This document shows, one piece after another, positions 1-8,616 of a DNA stretch of 64,000 nt. Position 1 is the stretch's first letter, and every line of letters begins with the position of its first letter. A program made the translations under genes and the position numbers. Source of the DNA: an uncultured Chloroflexia bacterium (GTDB taxonomy: Bacteria > Chloroflexota > Dehalococcoidia > DSTF01 > JALHUB01); NCBI GenBank assembly GCA_963703345.1, contig OY969814.1, positions 224,001 to 288,000 of the forward strand, in the 5' to 3' direction. Below the pieces are notes generated by a model. That model was given only the letters and a program-made list of their open reading frames with translations. It searched no databases and was not told the DNA's origin.

Positions 1-249
1 CCGGTGCGCTGCCCTTCCTGTCGTACTGCCCGCAAGAACGCCCGCACGAACGAGGCCGAGGACGGCTATGTGCGCTACGGCGCCTTCGCCAGCTTCGGCG
101 GCCGCACACCTCGCCAGATGCATCCTGCTACCTGCGCCGAGTGCGGGATGATGACTGAAGTCCCGTTCGTCCCCAGAGGCGACCGCCCCGTCTATTGCAG
201 CACCTGCTACAACAAGCTCCGCGCCCAGGCGAAAACCTCCGAGCTCTAG
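1..249 (+). CDS. CxxC-x17-CxxC zinc-ribbon protein, 5'-truncated by window edge
   Basis: RCPSC plus CAECG...VPFVPRGDRPVYCSTC; stop TAG at 247-249. Confidence 0.8.
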   Translation, partial: PVRCPSCRTARKNARTNEAEDGYVRYGAFASFGGRTPRQMHPATCAECGMMTEVPFVPRGDRPVYCSTCYNKLRAQAKTSEL

Positions 250-276
250 TCCTTACGTCCCAAGTCCGACTTCCGG

Positions 277-305
277 TTGACGCCGCCTCTGCCGATACCT
301 ATACT
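277..305 (+). promoter_or_regulatory. sigma70-type promoter of the ileS leader
   Basis: TTGACG-17 nt-TATACT immediately upstream of the T-box leader. Confidence 0.7.
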
Positions 306-315
306 TGATACTTGC

Positions 316-585
316 GAAAGGCTTTGACGGAGACGAGTAGGCAGGTCGCGCCGAGCAGCGAGTCCAGGTCGGTGGAAGTGGACGCGGCAACGCCGGTCGA
401 AGATCCCTCCCGAGCCGCCGACTGAACGACAGGCCGTCAAGTAGGCTCGGCCGGAGCGCTCACCGTTACCAGGGGCAGGGGCATCGGAGGCATGCCCCGA
501 AAAGTGGTCGCCTCAGGCGACAACGAGGGTGGTACCGCGGGTACGAATCCGGCCCGTCCCTTTCCAGGGGCGGGATTCTTTTTGT
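316..585 (+). promoter_or_regulatory. T-box riboswitch (Ile specifier) with intrinsic terminator
   Basis: Stem I motifs (GAGTAG, GGTGGAAG); Ile specifier ATC at 403-405; T-box GAGGGTGGTACCGCG at 525-539; terminator CCCGTCCCT-ttcc-AGGGGCGGG plus T-tract at 553-583; precedes ileS. Confidence 0.92.
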
Positions 586-596
586 GGAGTCGAAGC

Positions 597-3500
597 ATGT
601 TCAAACCGGTTCCGACGAAGGTAGACTTCCCCGCGCTGGAGCGCGAGATCCTCCGCTGGTGGGAAGAGCAGGGCATGATGCGGAAATACCTGCGCCGTAA
701 CCAGGACTCGCCACGCCGCTGGTCATTCATCGACGGCCCGATCACCGCCAACAACCCAATGGGCGTCCACCACGCCTGGGGGAGGACCTACAAGGACCTC
801 TACCAGCGCCTGAAGACCATGCAGGGCTTTCGCCAGCGCTATCAGAACGGCTTCGACTGCCAGGGCCTCTGGATCGAGGTCGAGGTCGAACGCGAGATGG
901 GCTTCAAGTCCAAGCGCGACATCGAAGAGTTCGGCATCGCCCGCTTCGTCGAAGCCTGCAAGGCGCGCGTCCGCAAGTTCTCCGCCATCCAGACCGAGCA
1001 ATCGATTCGCCTCGGCTACTGGATGGACTGGGACAACTCCTACTACACGTTCTCCGACGAAAACAACTACACCATCTGGCACTTCCTCAAGCGCTGCCAT
1101 GAGAACGGCTGGCTGTACAAGGGGCACGACGTCATGCCCTGGTGCCCTCGCTGCGCCACCGGCCTATCGCAGCATGAAATAGTGACCGAAGGCTACCGCG
1201 AGCTGACCCATCCCAGCGTCTTTCTCCGGCTTCCGCTGGACGGCCGCCAGAACGAGTACCTGCTGGTCTGGACGACGACTCCCTGGACGCTATCGGCAAA
1301 CGTGGCTGCCGCCGTTCACCCCGGCCTCACCTACGCCCGCGTCCGCCTGGGCGACGACGTCTACTACCTGGCGAAGGCGGCGCTGGGCCGGCTCCAGGGC
1401 GACTACGAAGTGCTCGATGAGTTGCGCGGCGAAGCGATGCTCGGCTGGACGTACCGCGGCCCCTACGACGAGCTGCCGCGCCAGGAAGGCGTTGAGCACA
1501 AGGTCATCCCATGGGAAGAGGTCAGCGAGACGGAGGGCACCGGCATCGTCCACATTGCCCCGGGCTGCGGCAAGGAGGACTTCGAGCTCGGGAAGCAGTT
1601 CGGCCTTGCCGTCATCGCGCCTCTCGACGAGTCCGGCAACTTCCTCGAAGGCTACGGCTGGCTGAGCGGCCGCAACGTCGGCGAGGTGGCGCAGCCGGTC
1701 TTCGACCACCTTCAGCGCAAAGGCATCCTCTATCGCACCGAAGACTACACCCACCGCTATCCCGTCTGCTGGCGTTGCGACAGCGAGCTCGTGTTCCGCC
1801 TCGTCGATGAGTGGTTCATCTCGATGGACGAGCTGCGCAACCGCATCGCCGACGTCACGAAGCGGATTCGCTGGATACCTGAGTTCGGCCTAGCGCGGGA
1901 GCTCGATTGGCTGCAGAACATGGAAGACTGGATGATATCGAAGAAGCGCTACTACGGGCTGGCGCTTCCCATCTACGAATGCGATTGCGGCGTCATCAAC
2001 GTCATCGGCGGTGAGGACGAGCTGGAGGCGCGCGCCGTCGAAGGTTGGGACGAGTTCGCGGGGCATTCGCCGCACAAGCCCTGGATCGACGCCGTCAAGA
2101 TAAGCTGCTCGGAATGTGGCAAGACGCTGTCGCGCATTCCGGACGTCGGCACGCCCTGGCTCGACGCCGGAATTGTGCCTTACTCGACGCTCGACTACCG
2201 TCACAATCGACCCTACTGGGAGGAGTGGTTCCCCGCCGACTGGATATCGGAGAGCTTTCCCGGACAGTTCCGGAACTGGTTCTACTCGCTCCTCGCCATG
2301 AGCACGGTGCTGGAGAACCGCGAGCCGTTCCGCACCTGCTTTGGCTACGCGCTCCTCCGCGACGAGCAGGGCGAGGAGATGCACAAGAGCAAGGGAAACG
2401 CCATCTGGTTCGACGAGGCCGCCGACCGCATGGGTGTCGACGTGATGCGCTGGTTGTTCTGCCGCCACAATCCAAGCGCCAATCTTGACTTCGGCTGGCA
2501 CAGCGGCGACGAGGTCCTGCGCGGCTTCATCCTGACGCTTTGGAACACCTACTCCTTCTTCGTCACCTACGCCAACATCGACCGTTTCGAAGGCCAGGCG
2601 GCCAGCGAAACCTCGCGTTCCGATCTCGACCGCTGGCTGCTCTCCGGGCTGAATCAGCTCGTCGCCGACGTCACGGCTGATCTGGAGGAGTTCGACTCCG
2701 CAACCGCCACCCGCCGCATGGAGTCCTTTGTCGAGGACCTTTCGAACTGGTACGTGAGGCGCAGCCGCCGTCGCTTCTGGAAGAGCGAAGACGACGCCGA
2801 CAAGCGCGCCGCCTACGTTACCCTGCACACCTGCCTTGTCACCCTTAGCCGGCTGCTGGCGCCCTTCCTGCCGTTCCTTGCCGAGGAGATGTACCAGAAC
2901 CTCGTGCGGTCCCACGACGCCACCGCGCCGGAAAGCGCCCACCTCTGCGACTGGCCGGTCGCGGACCGCGCGCTGATCGACGAACGGTTGAACGAGGATA
3001 CGCGCCTCGTGATGCGCCTCGTGAGCCTGGGACGGGCCGCCAGGAGCAAAGCCGGCATCAAGGTACGCCAGCCGCTGCCCCGGGCCTACGTGAAGGTGAC
3101 CAGTCATTCGGAAGAAGAAGCGGCGCGCCGGCTCGAAAGCCAGGTCCTCGATGAGCTGAACGTCAAGGAGCTCGTGTTCGTCAAGGACGAGGCCGACTTC
3201 GTCGAGTACCAGGTGCGCCTCAACGCGGCGCTCCTGGGCCCCAAGTACGGCGGCGCGCTGCGGCAAATCGAAGAAGAGCTGCGCAAGCTGGATCCGGCGT
3301 CCGTCGCCGCGGCAATCGCGGATGGAACGCATATCGTCGCCGGCGAGTGGCGGTTGGAGCCTTCCGAGCTCCAGGTGATCGTGAACGATAGGGAGGGCTA
3401 TCGAACGGCGATGGAAGCGGGATACGCCGTCACCGTTCCTACCGAAATCGACGCGGAGTTGCTGGACGAAGGGATGGCGCGCGAGATAGTCCACCGCCTC

Positions 3501-3722
3501 CAGACCATGCGCCGCAACGCCGGCTTCGACATCGCCGACCGCATCGTCACTTACTACCAGGGCGACGAACCGGTCCGCCGCGTCATCACTAACTTCGGGG
3601 ACTACATCCGGCAGGAGACGCTGTCCGTCGATATCGTACTGGAAGCGCCGCCCGCCGCTGCGCACGTCGAGGAGCACATCGTCGATGGACAGACGGTGAC
3701 GCTCGGCGTGGTCCGGTCATAG
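597..3722 (+). CDS. ileS: isoleucine--tRNA ligase, type 2
   Basis: DGPITAN..GVHH, WTTTPWTL, GTGIVHIAPG, DWMISKKRYYG, EMHKSKGN and type-2 C-terminus (EGMAREIVHRLQTMRR); start moved to ATG 597 after the T-box terminator. Confidence 0.97.
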   Translation: MFKPVPTKVDFPALEREILRWWEEQGMMRKYLRRNQDSPRRWSFIDGPITANNPMGVHHAWGRTYKDLYQRLKTMQGFRQRYQNGFDCQGLWIEVEVEREMGFKSKRDIEEFGIARFVEACKARVRKFSAIQTEQSIRLGYWMDWDNSYYTFSDENNYTIWHFLKRCHENGWLYKGHDVMPWCPRCATGLSQHEIVTEGYRELTHPSVFLRLPLDGRQNEYLLVWTTTPWTLSANVAAAVHPGLTYARVRLGDDVYYLAKAALGRLQGDYEVLDELRGEAMLGWTYRGPYDELPRQEGVEHKVIPWEEVSETEGTGIVHIAPGCGKEDFELGKQFGLAVIAPLDESGNFLEGYGWLSGRNVGEVAQPVFDHLQRKGILYRTEDYTHRYPVCWRCDSELVFRLVDEWFISMDELRNRIADVTKRIRWIPEFGLARELDWLQNMEDWMISKKRYYGLALPIYECDCGVINVIGGEDELEARAVEGWDEFAGHSPHKPWIDAVKISCSECGKTLSRIPDVGTPWLDAGIVPYSTLDYRHNRPYWEEWFPADWISESFPGQFRNWFYSLLAMSTVLENREPFRTCFGYALLRDEQGEEMHKSKGNAIWFDEAADRMGVDVMRWLFCRHNPSANLDFGWHSGDEVLRGFILTLWNTYSFFVTYANIDRFEGQAASETSRSDLDRWLLSGLNQLVADVTADLEEFDSATATRRMESFVEDLSNWYVRRSRRRFWKSEDDADKRAAYVTLHTCLVTLSRLLAPFLPFLAEEMYQNLVRSHDATAPESAHLCDWPVADRALIDERLNEDTRLVMRLVSLGRAARSKAGIKVRQPLPRAYVKVTSHSEEEAARRLESQVLDELNVKELVFVKDEADFVEYQVRLNAALLGPKYGGALRQIEEELRKLDPASVAAAIADGTHIVAGEWRLEPSELQVIVNDREGYRTAMEAGYAVTVPTEIDAELLDEGMAREIVHRLQTMRRNAGFDIADRIVTYYQGDEPVRRVITNFGDYIRQETLSVDIVLEAPPAAAHVEEHIVDGQTVTLGVVRS

Positions 3723-3740
3723 ATCAGCAGCAAGAGGAAC

Positions 3741-3775
3741 AAGAAAGAGGAGTCCTGTTCGGACTCCTCTTTCTT
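3741..3775. terminator. bidirectional intrinsic terminator
   Basis: Perfect 15-bp stem AAGAAAGAGGAGTCC-tgttc-GGACTCCTCTTTCTT between convergent genes. Confidence 0.85.
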
Positions 3776-3794
3776 CTCAAACGGGGAGGCGCGG

Positions 3795-4589
3795 TTACGG
3801 GTTGGGTGTAACTGGCGTGTTCGTGGCCGTTGGCGTGGACGTTAGCGTGGGCGTGGAGCTTGGCGTCGGCGTGCACGTGCCGCCGGCGCAGGGTGTCGCC
3901 GTCTTCGTCGGCGTCGGCGTGCGGGTGGCTAGACCTTCGAGATCATCCGGACCGACAACGACCGGCGCCGTCACGTCGTTCGGATTGTGAGTAACAGCGT
4001 CAACCCATATTTCGAACTGGGTTGCGTCGTCGTCCTGCTCAAGTGAGACGTCAAAAGTCCCCGTCCGGCCATTTCTAATGTTGGCGGGACTCGTGAACGC
4101 GCGCCCCACCTTCACGACCTTGCCGTCGTTGTCGAGCAAGGCGACGCAGACCTGGACCTGGAACAAATCGTCGCTGCCGACGTCTATATCACCCGTGATG
4201 TGAGTCGTGTCGCCGCTCGTGGTTGTTGCCACATTGTTCACGTCGAGGTCAGCCTCGGCCTTGGTCCCGAACGTGACAGGTCTAAGAGTGGTCTGAACGT
4301 GATCGACCGTGACGCCGGAAGGCAGGATCGCTTCAACCGGCGAGTCGGAATGGTCCTGCAGCGTGCGGGTGCAGGGGCTAGCGAACTCCGTGGCGATGAG
4401 CCGGTTGCTGCTATCGAAGAAGTCCACCTCGACGGAAGCGGCAACGATATCGGCATTGGTGAGGTTGCTGGCAAGGGCGACGAAATGCGTGTTGTCGTTC
4501 GTGTCTGTGTACAGCGTGCTAAAACGTACGACGCAGCCCGCCGCGAGGATGCCCGTAAGGGCGAGGACGAGGATGAGTAGGCGCTTCAT
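3795..4589 (-). CDS. lipoprotein with two Ig-like (FxLYD-like) beta domains and Pro/Thr tail
   Basis: Lipobox LAAGC; AGGAG RBS; two similar beta-rich repeats (VEVDFFDSSNRLI / VCVALLDNDGKVV); TPTP tail. Confidence 0.7.
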   Translation of the reverse strand: MKRLLILVLALTGILAAGCVVRFSTLYTDTNDNTHFVALASNLTNADIVAASVEVDFFDSSNRLIATEFASPCTRTLQDHSDSPVEAILPSGVTVDHVQTTLRPVTFGTKAEADLDVNNVATTTSGDTTHITGDIDVGSDDLFQVQVCVALLDNDGKVVKVGRAFTSPANIRNGRTGTFDVSLEQDDDATQFEIWVDAVTHNPNDVTAPVVVGPDDLEGLATRTPTPTKTATPCAGGTCTPTPSSTPTLTSTPTATNTPVTPNP

Positions 4590-4779
4590 GATGGCTCCTT
4601 TCGGTGTGTATGGGGTTCGGCAGCTCGGCGGTCTACTTTCATAATAACGCGCGTCGAGAAGGGAAGTTAACGCTGGCTACGGTAATCTTTCGCCATCGAG
4701 GAATTGTCTAAGGTCGCGGCTTCCTTGCGGCCTTGGGCGCGGCTATAATCCTGCATAGCTGGCATTCGAGGATGAGGAC

Positions 4780-5937
4780 GTGAGCGATTCCGACAAGGGC
4801 AGCGCGAAAACGGGGCGGCTCCGCTACCGGCGCATCGTCGCCAAGCTGGGCACGAACCTGCTGACGGCCGGCAGCGACCGCCTCGACCTGGAGGCGATGT
4901 CGTCGCTGATCGGGCAGGTGGCGCGTCTGCACGACATGGGAGCGGAGGTGATCGTCGTGTCGTCGGGCGCGATTGCGGCGGGACGGCAGCGCCTGGGGAA
5001 CGTGCGCACGCGTCGCGACATCCCCATTCGTCAGGTGCTCGCCGCCGCCGGTCAGAGCTACCTGATGCAGCGCTACGACCAGCTCTTCTCGGAGCACGAC
5101 ATGGTGGCGGCGCAGACGCTGCTCAGCCGTCGAGACCTGTCGGACCGCGTGGGCTATCTGAACGCCCGCAACACGCTGCTGGCGCTGCTGGAGCTGGGCG
5201 CGGTGCCGGTCGTCAATGAGAACGACGTGGTGGCGGTCGAGGAGATAGAGGGCGCCAAGATAGGCGACAACGACAACCTTTCGGCGCTGGTGGCGAACCT
5301 GGTCGACGCCGACCTGCTGGCGTTGCTGACCGACACGGCGGGGCTGTACACGGCTGACCCGCGTCTCGACCCTTCTGCGAAGCCCATCCCTCAAGTGGAC
5401 CGCATCGACGAGGAGGTGGAGCGGCTGGCCGGCGGGCCGTCGCACCCGGGCGAGCGCGGCACGGGCGGCATGACGACGAAGGTGCAGGCGGCGCGGCTGG
5501 CGACTTCGGGCGGGACGGCGGTCGTCATTGCCGACGGGTCGGAGGGCGACGTGCTGGTGCGGCTTGCGCAGGGCGAGTCGCTGGGGACGCTCTTCCCGCC
5601 GCGGGTGGAGGGGATGGAGAGCCGCAAGCGCTGGATGCTGTCGCGGTTGGGCGTGCGCGGCCGGATCGTGGTGGACGCGGGCGCGGCGAGAGCGCTGCGT
5701 CGGGAGAGGAAGAGTCTGTTGCCGGCGGGCGTGCTCGAGGTGGATGGAACGTTCGAGCGGGGCGAAGCGGTGGACATCTGCGGGCCGGACGGGGAACGGA
5801 TAGCCTGCGGCATCGCGAACTACGGTCGGGACGAGGTGGAGGCGATTCGCGGGCTGCGGTCGGAGCGGATTGAGGAGACGCTAGGGTACGAGTTCGGGTC
5901 GGAGGTCGTCCACCGGAACAACATGGTGCTGCTCTAG
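4780..5937 (+). CDS. proB: glutamate 5-kinase with PUA domain
   Basis: IVAKLGT, VSSGAIAAG, VPVVNENDVV, GDNDNLSA, GTGGMTTKV, C-terminal VHRNNM. Confidence 0.97.
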   Translation: MSDSDKGSAKTGRLRYRRIVAKLGTNLLTAGSDRLDLEAMSSLIGQVARLHDMGAEVIVVSSGAIAAGRQRLGNVRTRRDIPIRQVLAAAGQSYLMQRYDQLFSEHDMVAAQTLLSRRDLSDRVGYLNARNTLLALLELGAVPVVNENDVVAVEEIEGAKIGDNDNLSALVANLVDADLLALLTDTAGLYTADPRLDPSAKPIPQVDRIDEEVERLAGGPSHPGERGTGGMTTKVQAARLATSGGTAVVIADGSEGDVLVRLAQGESLGTLFPPRVEGMESRKRWMLSRLGVRGRIVVDAGAARALRRERKSLLPAGVLEVDGTFERGEAVDICGPDGERIACGIANYGRDEVEAIRGLRSERIEETLGYEFGSEVVHRNNMVLL

Positions 5938-6060
5938 CGCCGCTGGGCGCTTGCCTGCTGGCTTGCCTGCTGGCCGGCGCCCTCCTGCCACCGCCACCCG
6001 CGTTGCGCTTAGCTGCAAGCAACCGCTCGTATTCCCGCCCGCCCACCCACATATGTTTTT

Positions 6061-6133
6061 CTCGAAGAAAGAGTCTCAGGGGGACACCCCCTGAAACCCC
6101 CGGCAGAGGAGGCCCTCTGCACTCCCTCTTGAG
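6061..6133. repeat. composite palindromic (REP/MITE-like) element
   Basis: TCAGGGGG-aca-CCCCCTGA (6076-6094) and GCAGAGG-aggc-CCTCTGC (6103-6120) enclosed by an imperfect outer inverted repeat. Confidence 0.45.
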
Positions 6134-6142
6134 GAAGACGCA

Positions 6143-6637
6143 ATGATCCAAGAGTGCACGGTTGAGGATGCGGAGCGCATCTGCTTCGTCGTCAATGAGG
6201 CGGCGGAGGCGTATCGCGGCGTCATCCCCGAGGACTGCTGGCACGAGCCGTACATGCCGCTCGATGAGCTGCGTCGCGAGATGGGGTCGATGCGGTTCTT
6301 CGGCTGGGATGAGGGCGACGGCCTAGTCGGGGTGATGGGATACCAGCCGCTGGGCGAGGTCACGCTGGTCCGGCACGCGTACGTTCTGTCGACGCGTCAG
6401 CGCGAGGGGATTGGGGGCAGGCTGCTGGCGCACCTGATGGCGATGCCGTCGGGGAGGTTGCTCGTCGGGACGTGGAAGGCGGCGACGTGGGCTGTGCGGT
6501 TCTACGAGTCGCACGGCTTCCGTCGACCGGGGGAGGAGGAGAGCCAGGAGCTGCTGCGTCGCTACTGGGAGATACCGCAGCGGCAGAGGGAGACCTCGCT
6601 CGTGCTGGAAATGAGGAGCCGGCCGACAGGGAGGTAG
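6143..6637 (+). CDS. GNAT family N-acetyltransferase
   Basis: AYVLSTRQREGIGGRLL acetyl-CoA motif and AVRFYESHGF. Confidence 0.9.
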   Translation: MIQECTVEDAERICFVVNEAAEAYRGVIPEDCWHEPYMPLDELRREMGSMRFFGWDEGDGLVGVMGYQPLGEVTLVRHAYVLSTRQREGIGGRLLAHLMAMPSGRLLVGTWKAATWAVRFYESHGFRRPGEEESQELLRRYWEIPQRQRETSLVLEMRSRPTGR

Positions 6638-6639
6638 GC

Positions 6640-7269
6640 TTGACCAGTAGAGCGGTCGGTCTGGCGACTCTGCTCGTCGCGCTGCTCGCGCTCATCCTCT
6701 TCGCGCGCGAGATGGCGAGGATAACGCCGTCATCGTCGCCTTCGCCGGCGACTGCAACTGCAGCGGGCGTCGTCGCCAGCGCGACGCCCACCCGCACGCC
6801 GACCGCCAGCGCCAGCACGACGCCACCCGCCTCGCCTACGCCCACGCCCGCGGTCTTCGCCGGCATCTGCGTCTCTATCGGTGGCCTGCCCGATCGCGGC
6901 TGCACGCCGGGTGCCGTCGACCCCGCCGTGACGCAGGACAACCTCTCGACGACGATCTGCCACGCAGGCTACACGGCTACAGTGAGACCGCCGGTCGACT
7001 ACACCAACGCGCTCAAGAAGTGGCAAATGGGCCTCTACGGCGAGCCCGGCACCGCCGCCGAGTACGAGGAGGACCACCTTATTCCGCTGGAGCTCGGCGG
7101 CAGCCCCCGCGACCCGAAGAACCTGTGGCCGGCGCGGAACGTCTACCACGGCGCGTCGGAGAAGGACGTCGTGGAGAACGGGCTGAATGCGCTCGTGTGC
7201 GATGGGCAGATGACGCTGAGCGAAGCGCAGTCGAGGATAGCGGCCAACTGGCAGACGGCGCTGCCCTGA
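6640..7269 (+). CDS. membrane-anchored/secreted HNH-like protein with Pro/Thr linker
   Basis: TTG start after GGAGG; N-terminal hydrophobic helix; PT linker; YEEDHLIPLELGG...NLWP motif. Confidence 0.7.
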   Translation: MTSRAVGLATLLVALLALILFAREMARITPSSSPSPATATAAGVVASATPTRTPTASASTTPPASPTPTPAVFAGICVSIGGLPDRGCTPGAVDPAVTQDNLSTTICHAGYTATVRPPVDYTNALKKWQMGLYGEPGTAAEYEEDHLIPLELGGSPRDPKNLWPARNVYHGASEKDVVENGLNALVCDGQMTLSEAQSRIAANWQTALP

Positions 7270-7329
7270 CCCGCAGCGAGGGACATCGTGGGCCTTAGGA
7301 GATGTGTTGCCTAGAATTCAACAGGCTGT

Positions 7330-7926
7330 TCAGGAAGTAGTGGCGATAGCGATGCCTATTGCCACGGCAACCGCAACGGCGATGGGAAATAGATAGATTC
7401 CAACTCTTAACACCGCCCTAAGCAAAGGAAGTTGGAGCGATTTATGCAGATTCAAGGCCTTGAGGTGCGCATCATAGAAGCACTGCAGCGCATTAGCCAA
7501 TTGATTGATATCTCCCTTTAGTTCGCGACCCTTCACCAGAAGGTCGGCGATCTCGCGTTGGCCAGCAATGATCTCATGTTTCTCGGGCATAGTGCCGTAC
7601 AATAGCCGTTTCAACTCGTATTTGCTCGCGGACCTTTCGATTTGGTAGAGCCGATTAGCTACCATTTTCTCGGCAGGTTCTACGGCTGCCCGCCGAAGGT
7701 GATCGGCAGCATCATGGACATGCTGCGTTACCTCAGCCGGATCGGTCGCCTGTGCCGCAAAGTAGAGATGGTCAAGCGCGTCGCGGAGTTCAGTAATATT
7801 GGAGAGCGCACGAATTCCCTCGGTGGTCTCAAAATGAATAATCGCATCGCGGGCCAATCTGTACGTTGGCCCGCGAAGTAGTTCGATGATTGGGGCGGCT
7901 AAATCAGGGGGTGCTTCGAGTGCCAT
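7330..7926 (-). CDS. hypothetical helical protein with RX4H motif and C-terminal TM helix
   Basis: ATG 7926 after GGAG; ELRDALDH; hydrophobic C-terminus; visibly lower GC than flanks. Confidence 0.65.
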   Translation of the reverse strand: MALEAPPDLAAPIIELLRGPTYRLARDAIIHFETTEGIRALSNITELRDALDHLYFAAQATDPAEVTQHVHDAADHLRRAAVEPAEKMVANRLYQIERSASKYELKRLLYGTMPEKHEIIAGQREIADLLVKGRELKGDINQLANALQCFYDAHLKALNLHKSLQLPLLRAVLRVGIYLFPIAVAVAVAIGIAIATTS

Positions 7927-8197
7927 GCCTCTCCAGCAATCGCTCAAGTGCCTTGTCGCGGCGGGCAAATTCCTTATCGCTCAACGTTCGATAGTAGCGA
8001 CTGTCAGCCAAGCCGTCCCGCGTCTTGAGATCCTCGGTCTTGTCAATATTCAGCCGATGCTCTACCTCTTTCAGGGGAACATCCCGCATCGTATTCGCAA
8101 TTGCGTCGATCTGCTCTCTCGTCCGCATTGGCGGCCGACTTCCCGATATCACAGCCCTGAGTTTCCCGAGTAGGGGAGGTGACCTGAACATCCTCAT
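7904..8197 (-). CDS. small charged hypothetical protein overlapping the downstream gene
   Basis: 97-aa ORF with AAGGA RBS; 23-nt overlap with 7330-7926. Confidence 0.55.
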   Translation of the reverse strand: MRMFRSPPLLGKLRAVISGSRPPMRTREQIDAIANTMRDVPLKEVEHRLNIDKTEDLKTRDGLADSRYYRTLSDKEFARRDKALERLLERHGTRSTP

Positions 8198-8448
8198 GTC
8201 ACGCTTCCTTTCTTCTCCGCTGCCGCCTTCATCATGAGCATCGGCGGACAGCTAAGCCGTCCGAAGGGATCGGCGCTACAATGCACAAGCGGTAGTCGAA
8301 ATCTGGCGGGGAAGACCGGAACACTCGCCGCAGTCCACTCCCTGCGGCTGAGGACGGGTGTAAACGCAGCAGCCTTCCTTGGCTGTAAAGCTTCCCTTGG
8401 TGTCACCCTCCGACTGTCAGCCGATTACCATAAGCCCGTCGTCTATGT

Positions 8449-8476
8449 ATTATGACAGTCTGCCATAGATTGTCAA
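8449..8476 (-). promoter_or_regulatory. sigma70-type promoter overlapped by a palindromic operator
   Basis: Minus strand TTGACA-16 nt-CATAAT with extended TG; inverted repeat TGACAGTCT-n5-AGATTGTCA at 8453-8475. Confidence 0.6.
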
Positions 8477-8616
8477 GCGCGTACACCTGAGTTTCGCAAC
8501 AGGCTATATGCAGAGGTGTGGGGCTACTGGAAGAGGATTGCGCGCTAGTGTATGCTTAACGGCGTAACTTTCCCCTGCCTACGGCGGGCAAGCCTTCCAG
8601 CGGAGGAGACACTGCG

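Noticed and set aside
492-596. N-terminal 35 aa of the ileS ORF in the track
   Set aside because: Overlaps the T-box antiterminator/terminator; the real start is ATG 597.
1890-3677. Long antisense ORFs (also 8545-9921, 13217-15022, 32436-33914, 54890-56458, 56190-57845)
   Set aside because: Shadows of GC-rich sense genes; no motifs.
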